A stretch of DNA of 22,764 nucleotides from Candidatus Micrarchaeota archaeon (lineage in GTDB: Archaea > Micrarchaeota > Micrarchaeia > Anstonellales > Bilamarchaeaceae). The stretch spans positions 1-22,764 of the forward strand of contig JBFMCO010000055.1 in assembly GCA_040754495.1 (NCBI GenBank), written 5' to 3'. A program made the position numbers and the translations under genes. How positions within the stretch are numbered: position 1 is the first letter of the stretch; the number at the start of each line of letters is the position of its first letter. The notes beneath the pieces are model-generated. The model was not told the DNA's origin and did not search any database. It was given only the letters and a program-made list of their open reading frames with translations. Shown here one piece after another: positions 1 through 7,598 of the stretch.

Positions 1-449
1 CAGTGGGCCTCGTCCAGGACCGCTCCGTCCTTCCTGACAAGCGAGACGACCTGCTCTATCTCCTCCAGGGAGGCCGTTCTCTTGCCCGGAATGACGTTCC
101 CGGCGATATAAACGTGTATGCCGACGAGGTTGTCCATCTCCGTGTCCGTCCGGTGCACGCGCGCATCCGAGCACCGGACGAGGAGGTAATCGGCCTGGCC
201 GGCCATTATCTTGAGGAACCGCTGGTGCGGCGTCATCGGCGCCCCCTTGAGGGCAGCGACATGCTCCGCGTTCCCGAGCATGATGAGCTCGAGCGACTCG
301 TCCGCGGTAAGCTTCCCGCCAAGGTGCTTCTCGCGCAGCTCCAGGGCCCTGCGCTCCTGAAGCTGCTCCTGCTCGAAATGCCTGTGCCCGGCATGGCTGT
401 CCTTCTTCTGGCGCTCCTGCCTTTCCCTAAGCTCCCTTGTCGGGTCCAT
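1..449 (-). CDS. Divergent beta-class carbonic anhydrase-like protein (3' end outside the window)
   Basis: Not in the ORF track. Manual translation from ATG at 449: MDPTRELRERQ...TADESLELIMLGNAEHV...YLLVRCSDARV...YIAGNVIP...VLDEAH, open to the window edge. It has the beta-CA CSDxRV and AGNV motifs and a His about 30 aa after AGNV. A TATA-like TTAAATAT lies at 478-471 on the minus strand. Confidence 0.7.
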   Translation of the reverse strand, partial: MDPTRELRERQERQKKDSHAGHRHFEQEQLQERRALELREKHLGGKLTADESLELIMLGNAEHVAALKGAPMTPHQRFLKIMAGQADYLLVRCSDARVHRTDTEMDNLVGIHVYIAGNVIPGKRTASLEEIEQVVSLVRKDGAVLDEAH

Positions 450-600
450 GAAATGATATGCCCGATTGGGATATTTAAGCTTTCCAAATGACGGCCGGAC
501 GGGAGACGGAATGCGGCAAAAAGCCGGGCTTGCATTTTTAAATCTTGGAACCCAATCCCAAAAACGCAAATGCCGCCAGCCAGCGGCAGGAGTTGATAGG

Positions 601-1170
601 ATGGACCAGAATGAAGCCCTCAACAGACTGATGGAAGGGAACCGCAGGTTCCTTAGCGGGAGCCTGCAGCAGAAGGATTTCGCGGCGAGACGTGAGCAGC
701 TAAAGGGCGGGCAGGAGCCTTTCGCCACGGTAGTATGCTGTTCCGACTCGAGAGTCGTGCCCGAGTATATATTCGACGCCAGCCTCGGCGAGATATTCAA
801 GGTGGAGACCGCCGGCAACGTGCTGGACAAGATTGGCATCGGCTCGGTCGAGTACGCGGTCGGCCACCTCGGCACCCCCGTGCTCGTCGTCATGGGGCAC
901 GAGAAGTGCGGCGCGGTGAAGGCCGCATACCACGGCCATGCGGAGTCCAACATCGCGGCCATAGTGAAGAAGCTCGCGCCGGCAGTGAAAAAGGCCAAGA
1001 AGGGCGGGGCCGAGGACGATGAGCTCGGCAAGGCGGTCGTCTTCAACGTCAAGGCGGTGATGAGGAAGCTGAAGAAGAGCCCGCTCGTCAAGAAGGCCCT
1101 GGACGAGAACCGGCTGAAGATAGTAGGAATGAAATACTACCTCGATGGCAGGGTCGAAGTGGTAGCCTGA
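601..1170 (+). CDS. Beta-class carbonic anhydrase
   Basis: MDQNEALNRLMEGNRRF start; CCSDSRV, TAGNV and GHEKCGAV Zn-binding motifs. Start placed at ATG 601 (AGGAG just upstream) rather than 466. Confidence 0.95.
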   Translation: MDQNEALNRLMEGNRRFLSGSLQQKDFAARREQLKGGQEPFATVVCCSDSRVVPEYIFDASLGEIFKVETAGNVLDKIGIGSVEYAVGHLGTPVLVVMGHEKCGAVKAAYHGHAESNIAAIVKKLAPAVKKAKKGGAEDDELGKAVVFNVKAVMRKLKKSPLVKKALDENRLKIVGMKYYLDGRVEVVA

Positions 1171-1223
1171 TTGCAGGCGTCCCCCTCTATTTCCTTTTTA
1201 ATTATTTGGCGAGAGATGTGTTC

Positions 1224-1661
1224 ATGGAGAAAGTGCTCATTTTGTCAGGCAGCAAGAGCGATGAGGAAATCGCCCGGCAGGCGATGGACGTGCTGAACGC
1301 CTTCGGCGTCGCGCATCGCTACGAGGTCGCATCGGCGCACAGGAACCCCGAGAAGGTCGAGCGCCTCGTGAAGGAGACTACGGCTCAGGTACTGATAGGC
1401 ATTGCCGGAATGAGCGCGGCCCTCCCCGGGGTCATGGCATCCAGGACTACGAAGCCGGTAATCGGCGTCCCGGCTAACGCCTCCCTGAACGGCCTTGATT
1501 CGCTGCTTTCTGTCGCGCAGATGCCGCCGAACGTGCCCGTCGCGTGCGTGGGCATCGGGATGGGCAAGAACGCGGGCATGCTCGCAGTGCAGATACTTGC
1601 CCTGACAGATTCCGCGCTCGCTGCGAAGCTCGCGGATTTCAAGGAAAAGCTCAAGCAGTGA
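1224..1661 (+). CDS. purE: AIR carboxylase / N5-CAIR mutase PurE
   Basis: GSKSD, SAHRNPE, PVIGVP, GLDSLLSVAQMPPNVPVACV motifs. ATG at 1224 is 22 nt after TTTTTAAT (1195-1202). Confidence 0.95.
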   Translation: MEKVLILSGSKSDEEIARQAMDVLNAFGVAHRYEVASAHRNPEKVERLVKETTAQVLIGIAGMSAALPGVMASRTTKPVIGVPANASLNGLDSLLSVAQMPPNVPVACVGIGMGKNAGMLAVQILALTDSALAAKLADFKEKLKQ

Positions 1662-1665
1662 AAAA

Positions 1666-2886
1666 ATGGCCGCCGACTCCGAGAAGATGTACCAGTTGAA
1701 GAAGAAGCTCCGCCAGCTCGAGGGCTACCGCGGCAGCGGTACCGAGCTGATATCGGTGTACATTCCGGCAGGTTCCCCGGTCCACGAGATGGGGAACAAG
1801 CTCCGCGAGGAGATGAGCCAGGCGAGCAACATAAAGTCCAAGTCCACGAAGCTCAACGTGCTAGGCGCCCTCGAGCGCATCATGAACCACCTGAAGCTCT
1901 ATCGCAGGACCCCTGAGAACGGCCTGGCTGTCTTCGCAGGCAACATCTCGGACAACCCGGCGAAGGTGGACATCGGGCTCTTCACGCTCGAGCCGCCGGA
2001 CAAGCTCAACATAGGCGCTTACCGCTGCGACAGCCGCTTCTTCCTCGAGCCGCTCCAGGCCATGCTCGGCTCGACCGACTCCTACGGGATAGTCGTCCTT
2101 GACGGGAGGGAGGCGACCGTGGCGATAGTGAAAGGCACGAACATCAGCATAATCAAGAAGCTCAACTCCACAGCGCACGCGAAGATTCGCAAGGGAGGGC
2201 AGAGCGCGAGGAGATATGAGCGCCTCATCGAGGAGCAGATTGAGGTCTATTACAAGCGCGTCGGGAACTCGATGGACGAGGCTTACCTGAAGGACGAGAA
2301 GCTTGCCGTCAAAGGCGTCATTGTCGGTGGCCCGGGCCCGACGAAGGATTTCTTCATGAAGATGAGCCCGTTCAACTACCAGATAAAGGTGCTCGGCGTG
2401 GTCGACACCGGATACACCGACGAGTACGGGGTGCGGGAGGTGCTCTCCAAAAGCGAGGGGATACTCGCGCAGCAGGAGGCAGTGAAGGAGAAGATACTCA
2501 TAGATCGGTTCATAAAAGAGGTCGTGGGCGAGGGCCTTGCCACCTACGGCGAGAAGGAGGTCCGCGCCGCATTAGAGAGCAGGCAGGCCGAGAGGGTGCT
2601 GCTTTCCGAGGGTCTCCAGCACGTCAGCGGCCTCTACAGGTGCGGCTCCTGCGGCAATGAGGAGCGCAAAATCTCAAGGGAGAAGGCCGCGGACACGGCC
2701 CAGTGCCAGAAATGCGGGGCGCAGTCCAGGCTCCAGAAGCAGGAACTGCTCCTCGACGAGCTGAACGAGATGGCCCGCGCGGCCGAAATCCCGGTTGAGA
2801 TAGTGTCCGTGAATACCGTAGAGGGAAACCAGTTTTTGAGCGGATTCGGCGGCATAGGGGCTTTCCTCCGCTATAAGACCAGATAG
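1666..2886 (+). CDS. prf1: Peptide chain release factor aRF1
   Basis: GTELISVYIP, NIKS, YRCDSRF and GGQS motifs and C-terminal GFGGIGAFLRY. CxxC...CxxC insert in the C domain. 4 nt after purE. Confidence 0.97.
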   Translation: MAADSEKMYQLKKKLRQLEGYRGSGTELISVYIPAGSPVHEMGNKLREEMSQASNIKSKSTKLNVLGALERIMNHLKLYRRTPENGLAVFAGNISDNPAKVDIGLFTLEPPDKLNIGAYRCDSRFFLEPLQAMLGSTDSYGIVVLDGREATVAIVKGTNISIIKKLNSTAHAKIRKGGQSARRYERLIEEQIEVYYKRVGNSMDEAYLKDEKLAVKGVIVGGPGPTKDFFMKMSPFNYQIKVLGVVDTGYTDEYGVREVLSKSEGILAQQEAVKEKILIDRFIKEVVGEGLATYGEKEVRAALESRQAERVLLSEGLQHVSGLYRCGSCGNEERKISREKAADTAQCQKCGAQSRLQKQELLLDELNEMARAAEIPVEIVSVNTVEGNQFLSGFGGIGAFLRYKTR

Positions 2887-2933
2887 CCGCATGGTGCCAC
2901 TGTTTATAAGCACATATTCACACATTTTCTTCC

Positions 2934-3443
2934 ATGATGCGCGTGTCATGTTCTATCAGGGAGCAGGAGGGTTCTGCAGGGATCAAGACCAGGGCCGCAG
3001 CCATAATGGTAGCCGGCCTAGCGCTCCTCCCGAGGTGCCAGGCCGAGCTCCCCCCGCCGTCATCCCCGGTGGAGGTGAAGCAGTACCTGGCCGAGGTGCC
3101 TGCGAATCTCGCGGAAAGGCTCAACGAGCCGGGAACAGGCTCCCCGCTCAAGGGAAGGCTGGCAGACTGCCGGGGGGCCAAGGCATGCGAAGTTCCGCTT
3201 TATCCCGGCCATATCCTCCTGAACGTGAAGTTCGCGCCGGAAAACGAGGGGAACCTAGAGGTAACGACCCAGCAGATAAGCGGAACTGGCGTGGTCTTCC
3301 AGAAAAGGACGGATTTCAATTTCTCGGACCCGGCTTATGAGCTGCAGGAAGTGCCTTTCGGAGAGACCAGGCAGCTTTTCAACACGGACCTCAGGGTGAG
3401 GGTGGAAAGGAAAAAAGACGGGGCATACGCAATCGTGGAATAA
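2934..3443 (+). CDS. Hypothetical protein, possibly exported or membrane-anchored
   Basis: 169-aa ORF filling the gap. TTTATAA at 2903-2909. Hydrophobic stretch AAAIMVAGLALLPRC followed by a Pro-rich linker. No family recognised. Confidence 0.6.
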   Translation: MMRVSCSIREQEGSAGIKTRAAAIMVAGLALLPRCQAELPPPSSPVEVKQYLAEVPANLAERLNEPGTGSPLKGRLADCRGAKACEVPLYPGHILLNVKFAPENEGNLEVTTQQISGTGVVFQKRTDFNFSDPAYELQEVPFGETRQLFNTDLRVRVERKKDGAYAIVE

Positions 3444-4127
3444 TCAGGTACGTGCGATGCCGCAGGCCCCGAGCTTGTACTCCGGCCCGACCGTGACGAC
3501 CATTCCGTTCGAGTAGTATCTGGCCCCGCCCGGCCCGTCCTTCACGTAGATGGTTATGCCGTCCTTGAGCATTGCGAAGCACTCGTCGTAAGTATGGACT
3601 CCGTCCGGTGCGACGCACCCTTCCCTGCCCATCGAAAGCGGCGTGACCGTCTTTCCCCCCATGCCGCTGCTCGCTGCGAAATCCACGCCGCACTGGAGGA
3701 CGTTGTTGCTCACGCCATCAGGAGCGCTCCGCACGTCCATCACGATGTACACCTTCTCCGCGTCCAGGAAAATCCCCTTGAACGTCTCTGCATCAACTTC
3801 CTGCCCTGTCGCGAACTTGGAGCCTGCGAAGACGAAGAAGTAAAGCGCCATGGCGATTGCCACGACAAGAAGCACGGCTATCGCGAGCGTCTTTGGCAGT
3901 GAATCCCCCCTGGATGATACCGGTTTTGCCGGAGACTCCTTCTTTTCCGCATGATGCGCTGCCCTGGCGGATGGCGCAGCCTTCGGCGAGGCCTCTTTCT
4001 TTTCCGCCGGCTGCGGGGCCGGGGCTGGCTCGGCCTTTGCGGCCTGAACCTCTGATGAAGCCTCTTTCTTCTCTTCCGCAACCTGCTCCTGCGGTGCAGG
4101 AGCCTTCTTTTTCCTTGCCATACGCAT
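3444..4127 (-). CDS. Single-pass membrane protein with Ala/Pro/Lys/Glu-rich N-terminal tail and 4-Cys C-terminal domain
   Basis: Start at 4127 overlaps the upstream stop (TGATG). Low-complexity N-terminus, one TM (LAIAVLLVVAIAMALYFFVFA), then a domain with 4 Cys that aligns with the C-terminus of 4127-6229. Confidence 0.8.
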   Translation of the reverse strand: MRMARKKKAPAPQEQVAEEKKEASSEVQAAKAEPAPAPQPAEKKEASPKAAPSARAAHHAEKKESPAKPVSSRGDSLPKTLAIAVLLVVAIAMALYFFVFAGSKFATGQEVDAETFKGIFLDAEKVYIVMDVRSAPDGVSNNVLQCGVDFAASSGMGGKTVTPLSMGREGCVAPDGVHTYDECFAMLKDGITIYVKDGPGGARYYSNGMVVTVGPEYKLGACGIART

Positions 4128-6229
4128 CAGCTGAACAATGCCACGAGCGGGCACGATTCATAATAATCGAGATTCGCGCGTATCTCCGCCCGGTTCTGGT
4201 ATATGACCGAGAAGCGGGGCGGCGCGTTGCGCTCCGAGTACCCGAGGACGAATGATGAGTCGGCCTCATCGGCTGCAGTCTGGCAGTCTGAGGCGGCCAG
4301 GCTGGTGTTGGCGCCCCCGCTCGATGTGAGGGTGCACGTTGTCGGCGTCAGCATGAGCATGGTCCAGGTCTTGTTGCGCTCGCCGAACGAGCCGGCCAGC
4401 GTCGAGGCGCACGAGCGCATGGCCTGCGCGTCCTCGAAGGAGGCGTTGCGCAGGTCGACCAGTATGGAGGTATTGTTCTTGGAGTCGAAGTCCGAGAGGA
4501 ATTCGGGCAGTGTCGCGTCCGTGGAGGTCTTGCCCAGGAACAGGTACATGAGGGCGCTGAAGACGAAGATGAGCATCACCAGCGACAGGAACGCCGCGCC
4601 GAGTATGTGGGTGGTCTTCGGGATTGTGAATTTCCCGGTCGCGAACACGTACAGGAACAGGAGCAGCGCCATCGAGGAGAACGAGAGGAACACGAGGAGG
4701 GAGAACAACCCCAGGTTGAGCGGGCTGTCCGGGATTTCCGCGGCTGGAACGATGTCGGTCTTCTCGGCCACGTGGGCGATGCCGGTATTCACCCTTCTCG
4801 CGAAGCCGCGGAAAAGCAGGAGCACCCGCGTAGAGGGCGTCTCGCTCTCGCTCTGCAGGAGCTCCTCTGCCTCGTCCGCTATGTCAGAGTAGTTGGCCTC
4901 GAGCGCCTGGAGCTGGGCCAGCGTGAGGCCGTCCCTGAACTGCGCGTCCAGGTCCGAGCTCTTGTTCTGGAGGAGCTCGAGGGATTTCAGCGACACCGGG
5001 TCAAGGTCCTTGCTCTGGAGCACGAGTATTAGGGCATTCGCGCCGTTTTTGGCCTCCACGGTCTGGTTATACTCGGATAGAAGGAACCCCGCCCCCTCAT
5101 TCACCTGGGCGGTCAGGTTCTGGTACTGCCCGATATCCAAATCCAGGTTCGTGAAGTTGTGGCCGGTTATGTCCTCCGGGATGGTGGTATGGAGCGATTT
5201 GAGGTCGTCGAGCCTGCCGGAGAGCGTCTTGTTCTGGACGTGCGTGAGCGCTTCTTCCGCCGTCCCTATGGCCGAGGATGCGCTGGAATTGAGCGGGCGG
5301 AAGACGTCCGAATAATACGTCTCCATGTTCTCGCTCTTCACGTGCTCGAGCCGGGCCAGGGTCTGGTTGTATATTTCCGATGACATCCCCTGGTATCCGC
5401 TCAGGGGGCCAATCTTATCCACGAGGTCTTCTGCCAGGCCCTGGAGGTCCTCGGCGGCGCCCTGGTCCAGGTCGAAGGAGGGGCAGATGGCCCAGCACTT
5501 GTACTGGCATGCCGCCCTGTCCTCAGTGTCGTTCAGGCGGGGCGTCCTGAAGATGGTGCTTTCTATCTTGTCGGAAAGCGTTTCCAGCTCCCCGGAGGTA
5601 TCAGATATATAGGTGAGCGTTTCCACGAGGTTGCTCTCATTCAGGTTGTCGAGCCGGGTGCTGTAATTGGCGAGGAGCGCGTCCATCTTCAGGCTGGAGG
5701 GCGTGAAGTCGTAGAGCGGCTGGAAGAGGACCGTGGGCGAGCCGAGGTTCAGCCCCTGCCCGTACACCGAGAAGAGGAGCATGGCGTTCCTCGTGCAGGA
5801 CTCGTTGTCAGTGCAGCGCACCGGCTGGCCTGAGACGGTTATCTTGCCGTTCGAGAGCAGGACGTCGTCCCTGCAGACGTATTCCTCCTTCCCCTTGAAA
5901 TCGTAGCCGTCGTTCCTGCTGTCGTTGAACTGCTTTATGAGCGAGCTGAGCTCGTCAAGCTCGTCCTGGGACGGGTAGTACGTCCGGATGTAGTATGAGT
6001 AAAGGAGCGAATCGATTTCCGTCCTGTTCGAGACGGGCGCGCCGTTTCTCAGCAGGAACGCATCCTGCCCGCCTATATTCACAATCGAGTACGCGGTCCC
6101 GTTCAGCGTGAAGTTCGTGTAGGATATGGAAGCGTTGGATTCTTCCGGATAGAGGTAGTCGGTGACGTTGAACGAATACAGGACACCGAGCAGTAGCAAT
6201 AGGCACACGACGCTTTTTTGGGAGGTCAT
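4127..6229 (-). CDS. Large secreted/membrane glycoprotein (signal peptide, extracellular helical region, 2 TM, 4-Cys C-terminal domain)
   Basis: 700-aa ORF. N-terminal signal-like VVCLLLLLGVLYS; about 23 N-x-S/T sequons by hand count; two hydrophobic helices near aa 505-565. TATTTAAA at 6259-6252 on the minus strand. Confidence 0.85.
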   Translation of the reverse strand: MTSQKSVVCLLLLLGVLYSFNVTDYLYPEESNASISYTNFTLNGTAYSIVNIGGQDAFLLRNGAPVSNRTEIDSLLYSYYIRTYYPSQDELDELSSLIKQFNDSRNDGYDFKGKEEYVCRDDVLLSNGKITVSGQPVRCTDNESCTRNAMLLFSVYGQGLNLGSPTVLFQPLYDFTPSSLKMDALLANYSTRLDNLNESNLVETLTYISDTSGELETLSDKIESTIFRTPRLNDTEDRAACQYKCWAICPSFDLDQGAAEDLQGLAEDLVDKIGPLSGYQGMSSEIYNQTLARLEHVKSENMETYYSDVFRPLNSSASSAIGTAEEALTHVQNKTLSGRLDDLKSLHTTIPEDITGHNFTNLDLDIGQYQNLTAQVNEGAGFLLSEYNQTVEAKNGANALILVLQSKDLDPVSLKSLELLQNKSSDLDAQFRDGLTLAQLQALEANYSDIADEAEELLQSESETPSTRVLLLFRGFARRVNTGIAHVAEKTDIVPAAEIPDSPLNLGLFSLLVFLSFSSMALLLFLYVFATGKFTIPKTTHILGAAFLSLVMLIFVFSALMYLFLGKTSTDATLPEFLSDFDSKNNTSILVDLRNASFEDAQAMRSCASTLAGSFGERNKTWTMLMLTPTTCTLTSSGGANTSLAASDCQTAADEADSSFVLGYSERNAPPRFSVIYQNRAEIRANLDYYESCPLVALFS

Positions 6230-6264
6230 CGGAGATAATTTGACTTCCTGGTTTAAATACTTTT

Positions 6265-7251
6265 TTATTTTTCGCGCCGGACGACATAATCCGCTATCGA
6301 GAGGAGGGCCTGCTTGTCCGTGGAATCGGGCAGGCGGGAAACGCGCTTCCTGGCAGCCGCTATGAGAGAGATGGCCATCTGCCTCGCGTATTCGACCGAG
6401 CCGCTCCGCCCCATGATGGAGATGGCCTCCCGTATCTGGCGCTCGTCCCTGGTGTGGGAGGACAGTATCGATGCGAGGCGCTCGCGGTCCGGGCCGGGCG
6501 CGTGCGAGAGGCAGTGCACGACCATGAGCGTCCGCTTGCCCTCGGAAATGTCGCCGCCTATCTCCTTCTGGTATTTGGAGAATTCCCCGGTCAGGTTGAG
6601 CACGTCGTCCTGTATCTGGAACGCCGTGCCTATCAGCTCGCCGTATTCACGCAGGGCGCGCCTGAGCGGCGCACGCGAATTGGCCATGAAAGAGCCGGAC
6701 TCGCAGGATAAGCCCATGAGGGCGGATGTCTTCCCGTTTATCATGTCGATATATTCCTTCTCGCTGACATCGAAGCGCCCGTCCTTTATCCAGGATATCT
6801 CGATGCCCTGCCCGTCGACCACCCTCTTGAACGCGGCCGCATAGAGCTTCTGGAGCTTCACCAGCCGGGATGCGGACATGTCCAGCGTGACGAGCTGCCC
6901 CCACAGGAGGGTGTAGAGGGCGTCCCCCGAGTTGAGGGCGACCGCCACCCCGTGCGATACGTGGAGGGCAGGCTCACCCCTCCTGAACTGGGCCCCGTCC
7001 TCTATGTCGTCATGGATGAGGGTGAAATTGTGGAACATCTCTATTATTGATGCGGGCCTAACAGCATCCGCGTAGCTCCCGCCCGATGCGCCGCATGAGA
7101 GCAGGCAGAGCACCGGCCGTATCCTCTTCCCGCCCCTCCGGATGAAAGGGGCAAGCATGCCGTATACCCTTTTGTCCTGCGCGCCGAGCCCGGCCTCCAT
7201 AAGCCCCTCCACCTCCGACAGGTGTGGCTTGATATGGGGGTAGAGTTCCAT
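6265..7251 (-). CDS. idsA: Short-chain isoprenyl diphosphate synthase (archaeal GGPP synthase type)
   Basis: GGKRIRP, first Asp-rich motif HNFTLIHDDIED...RRG with Phe at -5, GKTS, second motif FQIQDDVLN and DISEGK. Start placed at MELYPH (7251). Confidence 0.92.
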   Translation of the reverse strand: MELYPHIKPHLSEVEGLMEAGLGAQDKRVYGMLAPFIRRGGKRIRPVLCLLSCGASGGSYADAVRPASIIEMFHNFTLIHDDIEDGAQFRRGEPALHVSHGVAVALNSGDALYTLLWGQLVTLDMSASRLVKLQKLYAAAFKRVVDGQGIEISWIKDGRFDVSEKEYIDMINGKTSALMGLSCESGSFMANSRAPLRRALREYGELIGTAFQIQDDVLNLTGEFSKYQKEIGGDISEGKRTLMVVHCLSHAPGPDRERLASILSSHTRDERQIREAISIMGRSGSVEYARQMAISLIAAARKRVSRLPDSTDKQALLSIADYVVRREK

Positions 7252-7286
7252 GGCATAACCTTGTCCGTGTTGTGTTAAAAGGATTG

Positions 7287-7586
7287 CTAAAGCCTTTTCG
7301 TGAAACCGCAGCGGCAGCGGACGCGGAGGCAGCCGTTCTTCCGGTCGTAGTAGGCGACCATCGTCTCTCCCGGAATCCAGACGAGGTGGCATTTGCGGCA
7401 GAAGCTGTTGCGGAACTCCTTGGGCAGCCCCGCCTTGTGCTTTTTCAGCAGCTCGAATGCCATGCCTACGTACCGCTTCGAGCGCTCGGCCTTTCCCTCG
7501 CGGACGGCCCTGCGGGCCTGTTCCAGCAGCCGGCCTGTCGACGTGCGTACGCTGGATTTTATAAGGCTTTTCCGCGAACTCTGCAT
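7287..7586 (-). CDS. rnp4: Ribonuclease P protein component 4 (Rpp21/Rpr2)
   Basis: C-terminal 99 aa of track ORF 7287..8456: LLEQARRA...RYVGMAFEL...FCRKCHLVWIPG...RVRCRCGF, a Zn-ribbon Rpp21 pattern (second pair is CxC). Confidence 0.85.
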   Translation of the reverse strand: MQSSRKSLIKSSVRTSTGRLLEQARRAVREGKAERSKRYVGMAFELLKKHKAGLPKEFRNSFCRKCHLVWIPGETMVAYYDRKNGCLRVRCRCGFTKRL

Positions 7587-7598
7587 GCAGTTGGTTCG

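Noticed and set aside
3-491. 162-aa plus-strand ORF in the track
   Set aside because: It is the codon-register antisense shadow of the minus-strand beta-CA-like gene, which has recognisable motifs and a promoter.
571-588. 6-bp hairpin TGCCGC/GCGGCA before the beta-CA SD (riboswitch-like?)
   Set aside because: It is too short to be distinguished from chance in GC-rich DNA, and there is no aptamer resemblance.
466-600. N-terminal extension of the beta-CA ORF
   Set aside because: It spans promoter-like AT-rich sequence. Homology starts at MDQNEAL (601), which has an SD.
7252-7392. N-terminal extension of the GGPP synthase ORF, and the 7272 start of DUF63
   Set aside because: Both overlap rnp4 and add non-homologous sequence.
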